Below are positions 48,759 through 54,351 of a stretch of 54,351 nt of DNA, piece after piece. The position numbers and the translations under genes were made by a program. This DNA is from a virus (taxonomy: Duplodnaviria; Caudoviricetes), in IMG/VR virus record IMGVR_UViG_3300035670_011527, positions 1 to 54,351 of that record; one strand, 5' to 3'. The notes under the pieces were generated by a model, which saw only the letters and a program-made list of their open reading frames with translations, was not told the origin of the DNA and did not search any database. How positions within the stretch are numbered: the stretch's first letter is position 1; every line of letters begins with the position of its first letter.

Positions 48759-49609
48759 AAACAGCCGCTTTAATTTATGGAAGAAATGATGGATATAAAG
48801 AAGATAATAGATTAATAGTTCATATAAATTCTCTATTAGAAACATTTGATGAAGTATTGTATCTTGATTGGAATTCAGATGATGAAAAAGGATCTGTATT
48901 AAATAATATAAAACATAAACTTCCCCAGATAGGTAAAATAAAACATTTTGTTATTCCTGCTAGTATAGTTTCAGAAATATATAATGGAATAGAAGGAATA
49001 GGAGCATGTATTTCTCCTATTATATATAATATTTTGATAAGAAGATGTGATGCAGAGTGGATGGTAGCTACAACAAATGATATTATAGCACCTAATAAAG
49101 ATTTATTTGTTGAATTTATGAGTAAAGTAAATAAAAATACTTTTTATACTTTTTCTAGAAGAGACATTGAAATTAAAGAACTAGAACAGTTTGGATTTGA
49201 AAAATGGAGAGAATATAGAGAAATACTAAACAAAACAACAGAAGAGAGAAGAGTATATGCAAAAGTAACCCCAAATGATAATTATAGTATTATAAATTGT
49301 TGTGGAGATTTTCAATTAGCCCATAGAGATCTATTATATAGTATTAAAGGATTTGAAGAAAATATGTTTTTTGCATGTTATGCTGATACCAATATTCAGA
49401 AAAAAGCTGTAATGAATGGTTATAATTTGGAAGCAATATATAATATTCCTTTATATCACATGTCTCATATAGGAATGGGAAATGATGGATCATCGCCATC
49501 CAAACAAAAATATAACGATCCTTATTACTGGGTAGAATATTTTAAAAAAAGTGAAAATGATGAAAACTGGGGATTAAATAATATAGAAATAGAATATGAA
49601 ATAATATAA
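48755..49609 (+). CDS. Hypothetical protein, GT-A-like
   Basis: 'GRNDGY', 'DWNS', 'N..IRR', 'GDFQL' and 'GFEE'; start placed at the ATG overlapping the previous stop. Confidence 0.55.
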   Translation: MKTAALIYGRNDGYKEDNRLIVHINSLLETFDEVLYLDWNSDDEKGSVLNNIKHKLPQIGKIKHFVIPASIVSEIYNGIEGIGACISPIIYNILIRRCDAEWMVATTNDIIAPNKDLFVEFMSKVNKNTFYTFSRRDIEIKELEQFGFEKWREYREILNKTTEERRVYAKVTPNDNYSIINCCGDFQLAHRDLLYSIKGFEENMFFACYADTNIQKKAVMNGYNLEAIYNIPLYHMSHIGMGNDGSSPSKQKYNDPYYWVEYFKKSENDENWGLNNIEIEYEII

Positions 49610-49986
49610 TGAAAAAAACATTTGATTTTTTAGAACCAAGTAAGATAGTTCCAAAAGGATGGGGACATGAACATCATATAGTAAATAATTATGATTATTG
49701 TTTAAAACTTTTGATATTTGAAAAAGGAAAAAAGTTTTCTATGCATTATCATATCAACAAGACAGAAACATGGTATGTTAATAAAGGACATTTTAATTTA
49801 TATCTAATTGATACTAATACTTCTCAAATTCAAAAATATGATTTTAAAAAAGGAGATATTTTAACCTTATATCCTGGACAACCACATCAATTAGAAGCCT
49901 TAACAGATTCAGAAATAATTGAAGTATCAACATATGATGAAAGTTATGATAATTATAGAGTATTTCCAGGAGATTCACAACAATGA
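49609..49986 (+). CDS. Cupin-fold sugar isomerase
   Basis: 'VPKGWG.E', 'SMHYH..K.ETW', 'PGQPHQ' and 'EVST'. Confidence 0.75.
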   Translation: MKKTFDFLEPSKIVPKGWGHEHHIVNNYDYCLKLLIFEKGKKFSMHYHINKTETWYVNKGHFNLYLIDTNTSQIQKYDFKKGDILTLYPGQPHQLEALTDSEIIEVSTYDESYDNYRVFPGDSQQ

Positions 49987-50387
49987 AAATATGGTCAAAT
50001 GGGTGTTTTGATTTATTTCACTATGGACATCTAAAATTATTAGAATTTGCTTCTCAGCAAGGAGAAGAATTATTTGTAGGAATAGATAGTGATTATAAAA
50101 TCAAACAAAAAAAAGGCAACAATAGACCTATTATTCCTCAAGAACAAAGAATAGAAATTATAAAAAATCTAAAATTTGTTAACAAAGTATTTGTATATGA
50201 TTCTAATGAAGAATTAGAAAATACAATTAGATTAGTAAAACCAGATAGAATTGTGATAGGGGATGATTACAAATATCAAGATGTAGTAGGTGAAAAATAT
50301 GCAAAAGAAATTATATTTTTTCCTAAACTTGATGGTATTTCTACTTCCTTAATTGAAAATAAAATAATTAATATGTATAATAAATAA
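49983..50387 (+). CDS. Nucleotidyltransferase (HldE domain II / cytidylyltransferase family)
   Basis: 'NGCFDLFHYGH', 'KG..RP', 'G.DY' and 'STS'. Confidence 0.88.
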   Translation: MKIWSNGCFDLFHYGHLKLLEFASQQGEELFVGIDSDYKIKQKKGNNRPIIPQEQRIEIIKNLKFVNKVFVYDSNEELENTIRLVKPDRIVIGDDYKYQDVVGEKYAKEIIFFPKLDGISTSLIENKIINMYNK

Positions 50388-50394
50388 AATTATT

Positions 50395-50850
50395 ATGAAA
50401 ATTGATATTAACAAGATTATACACGAAGAACTTGATAAAATTCTTGGTCGTGTTAAAGAACAAGATGAAGAAGATACACAAAATATTGTTTCTCCTTCTG
50501 TTAATACTGTTGTTTTTAACAACATAAAATATCGTTTCAAAACTGGCGTAAATAGAAACCCAACTAAACTTGGAATTAAAATTCAATTTACACCTATGGA
50601 AGGAATGGATCCCCAAGACCCAGATGAACGCCAAAAACAAGACGCACTACTTCAGAAATATCTTAATAAGAAGTTCCAAGAATATGGTAAACCATCTTTA
50701 GTAGTCGATTTTGATACAGACGTTCCAAACCCAAATACAACTGGATTCATAATTCGTTTGGGTTTGATAGAATCTTTAGTAGATTCCTTCTTTAAACAAG
50801 AATCTGAATCCGATGCCATCAGCAATACACCTGACGATAGAGCAGATTAA
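50395..50850 (+). CDS. Hypothetical protein
   Basis: 151-aa ORF preceded by the ATATGTAT motif. Confidence 0.55.
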   Translation: MKIDINKIIHEELDKILGRVKEQDEEDTQNIVSPSVNTVVFNNIKYRFKTGVNRNPTKLGIKIQFTPMEGMDPQDPDERQKQDALLQKYLNKKFQEYGKPSLVVDFDTDVPNPNTTGFIIRLGLIESLVDSFFKQESESDAISNTPDDRAD

Positions 50851-51463
50851 ACATGCGATGAGCCGCACTATGAGTAATAAGGCGGCCGCACGTTATTTAG
50901 GAGTGGATTATCATACTTACCGTAAATACGCTAAGTTATATGATGACCCAGCAACAGGTAAAACTCTATTTGAAATTCATTTCAATCGTGCTGGAAAAGG
51001 AATTCCAAAACATCTTACAACTAAAATAAGACAAGGCGAAGAACTACCTCCATTACAAAAAATATTAAATGGAGAAGTAGAGATTTTAGCTTCTTTTAGT
51101 ATAGATAAATTAAAAGCAACATTACTGCATGAAGCTGCTTTATTAGAAGAATGTGGTCATTGTGGTTTTAAAGAAAGAAGGGTTATAGACCATAAAGTTC
51201 CATTATTATTAAATTTTAAAGATAAGAATAAGAAAAATTGGAAACGTGAAAATTTAGAACTTCTTTGTTATAATTGTTATTTTCTTCATGTAGGAAACGT
51301 ATGGAGTGAAGAACAATTGAAACAACTTGAGGATTATGATAAAGTAAATCCAAAAGAAGAAGAAATAGAATGGGAACTCGATCAACATCATATTGATCAT
51401 TTAAGAGAATTAGGGTTGTGGGAAGATTCCAAACCTGAAAACGAATACATAAGTCGAATATAA
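50813..51463 (+). CDS. HTH plus degenerate HNH/zinc-finger protein
   Basis: 'AAARYLGV.Y.T' HTH; 'CGHCG ... N...ENLELLCYNC'. Confidence 0.6.
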   Translation: MPSAIHLTIEQIKHAMSRTMSNKAAARYLGVDYHTYRKYAKLYDDPATGKTLFEIHFNRAGKGIPKHLTTKIRQGEELPPLQKILNGEVEILASFSIDKLKATLLHEAALLEECGHCGFKERRVIDHKVPLLLNFKDKNKKNWKRENLELLCYNCYFLHVGNVWSEEQLKQLEDYDKVNPKEEEIEWELDQHHIDHLRELGLWEDSKPENEYISRI

Positions 51464-51467
51464 AATT

Positions 51468-51932
51468 ATGAAAAAACTACTAATAACTTTTATTACTGCC
51501 TTTTTTCTATTATTTAATTTTAATTCTTTTAAAGAAAAAATAAAAATAGAACCAGAAACATTAACATATCAGCATTTTTTAGAAAATGATCCTGTTTTAA
51601 ATGCTATAGCATATGTTGAAAGTAATCATGATACTAGTGCCATTAATAAAACAGATGGGGGAACAGGATTACTTCAAATTACACCAGTAATGGTATATGA
51701 TATAAACAGAATTAATAGATTAAAAGGAATACCCATTTATTATTCCTTAGAAGATCGATTCAATCCTTATAAATCTATCGAAATGTACTATATATTTAAC
51801 AACTATTATAAGCATTCTGAACCAGAAGAAATAGCAAGAGCATGGAACTCTGGACCAAAATGGTATACTAAAACACACAAAACAGATAGATATTGGGAAA
51901 AAGTTCAAGAAACACTTGAATCAGCTCCTTAA
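51468..51932 (+). CDS. Lytic transglycosylase / lysozyme-like protein with N-terminal signal or anchor
   Basis: 'AIAYVES', 'GLLQI', 'ARAWNSGP', 'YW.KV' and a hydrophobic N-terminus. Confidence 0.75.
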   Translation: MKKLLITFITAFFLLFNFNSFKEKIKIEPETLTYQHFLENDPVLNAIAYVESNHDTSAINKTDGGTGLLQITPVMVYDINRINRLKGIPIYYSLEDRFNPYKSIEMYYIFNNYYKHSEPEEIARAWNSGPKWYTKTHKTDRYWEKVQETLESAP

Positions 51933-52009
51933 ATTTCATATATTTATGTTATAGATGACCATAAGGCATCTATATCTAATAACTTATCTAAATGAAAGGA
52001 AAAAAAACA

Positions 52010-52468
52010 ATGACAACACTATTAGAACGAGTTATGCCGTCTGCATATCATCCCTGGAGAGATATTGAAAACGCATTTACAGAAGCAGATTTGCTCTTTA
52101 AAAACGTTTTCGATTCAAGTTCAACTTTTGATTCCGTTTTAAACACTAAACTAAATTATCCTGTTGATATTTCTGAGACAGATAAAGGTTTAGTATTTGA
52201 AGTAGCAGTAGTTGGTTTAGATAAAAAAGATCTAACCATCAAAACAGAAGCAAATACTTTACGTATTTCTTACGTAAAACCAGAAGCAAAAGTAGAACAA
52301 CCAAAATATATCCATCGTGGTATTTCTCGTCGTTCTTTTGATTTCAGTTTCAAAATTAGTGCTAGATACGATGTATCTAAAGTAAAAGCAAATATGGATA
52401 AAGGTTTACTCACAATTGAAGTACCTTTTTCAGCTGAAGCTGAACCGAAAGAAGTTAAAATTGGTTAA
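52010..52468 (+). CDS. Small heat-shock protein (Hsp20)
   Basis: 'YPVDI.E', 'YIHRGIS.RSF' and 'A.M..GLL.I.VP'; AAAGGA SD before the ATG at 52010. Confidence 0.9.
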   Translation: MTTLLERVMPSAYHPWRDIENAFTEADLLFKNVFDSSSTFDSVLNTKLNYPVDISETDKGLVFEVAVVGLDKKDLTIKTEANTLRISYVKPEAKVEQPKYIHRGISRRSFDFSFKISARYDVSKVKANMDKGLLTIEVPFSAEAEPKEVKIG

Positions 52469-52475
52469 AAATAAT

Positions 52476-52500
52476 AGGGACCTTCGGGTCCCTTTTTTTT
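52476..52500 (+). terminator. Rho-independent terminator
   Basis: AGGGACC-TTCG-GGTCCCT followed by a T-run. Confidence 0.9.
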
Positions 52501-52515
52501 ATATTCAAATTAAAA

Positions 52516-52875
52516 ATGGAAAAAAGAGAACTACAAGTTTATATTGACGAAATTATAGAAAATATAAATAAAACACTAGTATCAAAGGGTAAAGAATATC
52601 AAAAAGGAGAAAATGTATTCTCAAATTTTGAAACCAATGCTGAAGATTTGGGTTTGACTCGATATCAAGTTTGGGCTATTTATTTTAATAAACATGTTCG
52701 CTCTATTTTGAACTCAATAAAAGTAAATCCAAATAATCCCAATAATTCTAACCTCTCAGAAGAATTAGAAGGAAGATTAATGGATGCTATTGTGTATTTA
52801 ACACTGATGTATGGGATGATAAATCAAGAAAAACCTAATTCTGAAAAACAATCATATTATTCTAATCATACTTAA
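52516..52875 (+). CDS. All-alpha nucleotide-modification-associated protein (DUF1599/MazG-like)
   Basis: 'K.KEY....F.NF', 'KH..SI' and 'E....R..D...Y'. Confidence 0.55.
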   Translation: MEKRELQVYIDEIIENINKTLVSKGKEYQKGENVFSNFETNAEDLGLTRYQVWAIYFNKHVRSILNSIKVNPNNPNNSNLSEELEGRLMDAIVYLTLMYGMINQEKPNSEKQSYYSNHT

Positions 52876-52900
52876 TATGTATGATAATAAAACTGATAAA

Positions 52901-54127
52901 ATGGATATAATTGATTTATTTTTAAAACGCTATTCTTATAAATTTCCTAAAGGATACATTGATATTGATGATCAAAATGATCGTATAATTTTAGAATCTA
53001 TTTTTAATAATTTAGGTTTAGAAATTAATCTTAATGAACAGGAAATAAGAACAGTTTCAAGAGATAAAGTACCAGGTAGAAAAGCTTCTAACCAAAAAGC
53101 ATCAGAAGAAGAGATTAAACAAGATATAGAAGATGCAACTTCTAAAGAAGATTTAATTAAAATTATTCAAGATTTAAATTTATCTTCTGATCAATTATCT
53201 CGTTTAAAAAAACTAATATTTAATCTAAACACTACAGATGAACTAGATGATTTTCTAAATAAAATAGTAGCTGAAAAAAATATTCCTGCTTCTGAAGTAA
53301 CCAAATTCGGTAATTTAATTAAAGAAAAAGGATTAGAAACAGAATTTGTTGAATATTTTAAAAATCCAGCTGATTTAGATCTTAATGCTAGTAACTTTAC
53401 TAGTCTTATACCCAATATAGATAAAAAAGAATTACTTGATTTATATAGAAGTATGGGATCGGCAATTGTTCAAACTGTATCTATAGGTCCAGGTGAAATA
53501 CCTTTTATAATTTGGTTTAAAAATGTTAAAAAACGAGATTCAAAAGGAGATTTAGATGTAGATGGAAAAAATGTTGAGTTAAAAGCATCCACTAAAGGAG
53601 CAGGAGCAGTTGTAGCAAAAGGATATAACAGAGGAGAATGGAAAACAACAAAAAGAAAAGGACGATTTGAGGAAGTTATAGAGGGATTAGGATGGTCAGA
53701 TGAAGAACTTAAAAATGATGCATTAAAAAAATTAGACGAAAGTTTAAATTGGGCCTCAAAAATATCAGATATATATGATTTATATTTTCAAGATGATAGT
53801 TTTAATCAATCTGAATTTATAGAAGCAGTTAAAAATATTCTTGATAACATTTATACTAAATCAGATTGGCAAAATGGAGGAAAATATTTTAAATTAGAAT
53901 CTTATTTTAATAACAATGACATGGATTCTAATAGATTTAGAGTAGATTTAGCTAAGGAATTAGTTAATGAATATAGAGAAGCAGAAGGATTTGACGGTAT
54001 TTTATATGTAGATAAAAACGGAAATTTAAAATATCTTCAAGAAGAAGAAATAATAGATAAAATCGGAAAAGAAATTAAAGTTTCGGGTCCATCTGATGAT
54101 GTTCCTCGTTTAGTGTATAAAACATAA
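52901..54127 (+). CDS. Hypothetical protein with PD-(D/E)XK-like core
   Basis: 'GPGE...GDL.VDGK.VELK'; likely start at MDIIDLFLK (52901), downstream of the ATATGTAT motif. Confidence 0.5.
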   Translation: MDIIDLFLKRYSYKFPKGYIDIDDQNDRIILESIFNNLGLEINLNEQEIRTVSRDKVPGRKASNQKASEEEIKQDIEDATSKEDLIKIIQDLNLSSDQLSRLKKLIFNLNTTDELDDFLNKIVAEKNIPASEVTKFGNLIKEKGLETEFVEYFKNPADLDLNASNFTSLIPNIDKKELLDLYRSMGSAIVQTVSIGPGEIPFIIWFKNVKKRDSKGDLDVDGKNVELKASTKGAGAVVAKGYNRGEWKTTKRKGRFEEVIEGLGWSDEELKNDALKKLDESLNWASKISDIYDLYFQDDSFNQSEFIEAVKNILDNIYTKSDWQNGGKYFKLESYFNNNDMDSNRFRVDLAKELVNEYREAEGFDGILYVDKNGNLKYLQEEEIIDKIGKEIKVSGPSDDVPRLVYKT

Positions 54128-54175
54128 TTTTAAAGACTGATTCATAGCCAGTCGCCCTATTGGGTAAATAAGTTT

Positions 54176-54218
54176 AAGAGAGTTGTGGCCTCATTTGTAG
54201 GTCACAACTCTTTTTTTT
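54176..54218 (+). terminator. Rho-independent terminator with an overlapping promoter
   Basis: AAGAGAGTTGTGGCCT-catttgt-AGGTCACAACTCTTTT plus a T-run; TTTG(54194)-N20-TATATTCA(54218) overlaps it. Confidence 0.8.
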
Positions 54219-54249
54219 ATATTCAACAATTCAAATTTATAATACAAAC

Positions 54250-54351
54250 ATGAAAAAAGTAAAAATTATAATTGTAGGTGCAGGTGTTTCTGGTATTCAT
54301 GCTGCTACTAAACTTGTAGATAATGATTATCCCGGACATTTAATTACTATC
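54250..54351 (+). CDS. FAD-dependent oxidoreductase, 3'-partial
   Basis: MKKVKIIIVGAGVSGIHAATKL contains a Rossmann GxGxxG motif; the ORF runs off the window. Confidence 0.7.
   Translation, partial: MKKVKIIIVGAGVSGIHAATKLVDNDYPGHLITI

Noticed and set aside
32475-50387. A bacterial O-antigen locus joined by chimeric assembly
   Set aside because: Composition, strand, gene coupling and promoter motifs match the flanking phage genes, and there are no wzx/wzy/wzm-type genes or visible junctions. Read mapping would be needed to exclude it fully.
6805-53415. All minus-strand ORFs in the track, and nested plus-strand ORFs 16324..16653 and 44731..44916
   Set aside because: They are short, lie almost wholly within well-supported plus-strand genes and have no recognisable motifs, so they are shadow ORFs.
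54135-54175. tRNA or hammerhead ribozyme
   Set aside because: No cloverleaf or TTCG T-loop. 'CTGATTC' does not match the CTGAnGA core, and no GAAA partner is positioned correctly.
1-54351. Stop-codon reassignment, as in some large phages
   Set aside because: Conserved proteins are full length in the standard code with near-complete coding density, and TAA, TGA and TAG all occur as apparent stops.

Overview
This is a 54-kb segment of a large, very AT-rich tailed dsDNA phage with a contractile-tail (myovirus-type) gene layout. Essentially all real genes are on the + strand, densely packed, and read cleanly in the standard code. The host is probably in Bacteroidota, based on TTTG-N19/20-TAnnTT promoters, mostly SD-less A-rich starts and a DUF4494-like gene. 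Modules in order: (1) tail tube, chaperone, tape measure and baseplate (1-9.5 kb), with a likely programmed frameshift; (2) replication and recombination (short PolA, gp32-like SSB, RecA, 5'-3' exonuclease, DnaB, class II RNR); (3) a 7-deazaguanine DNA-modification cluster (divergent TGT/DpdA-like protein, QueC/D/E, FolE, a purine phosphoribosyltransferase) with an apparent RNA pseudoknot in front of queC; (4) PolB, clamp, GroES/GroEL, clamp loader and a Cas4-like nuclease; (5) an ~18-kb glycosylation island of glycosyltransferases, a methyltransferase, a 2OG-Fe oxygenase, RmlC, a minimal two-subunit ThDP enzyme, a ColD-type PLP 3-dehydratase, GMD, atypical SDRs and split HldE-like enzymes, which may make a branched-chain 3,6-dideoxy sugar; (6) an HTH/HNH protein, a transglycosylase, Hsp20 and others. 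I saw no tRNA, rRNA, CRISPR array, integrase or intein. All functional calls come from recognising motifs by eye; no database searches were run.
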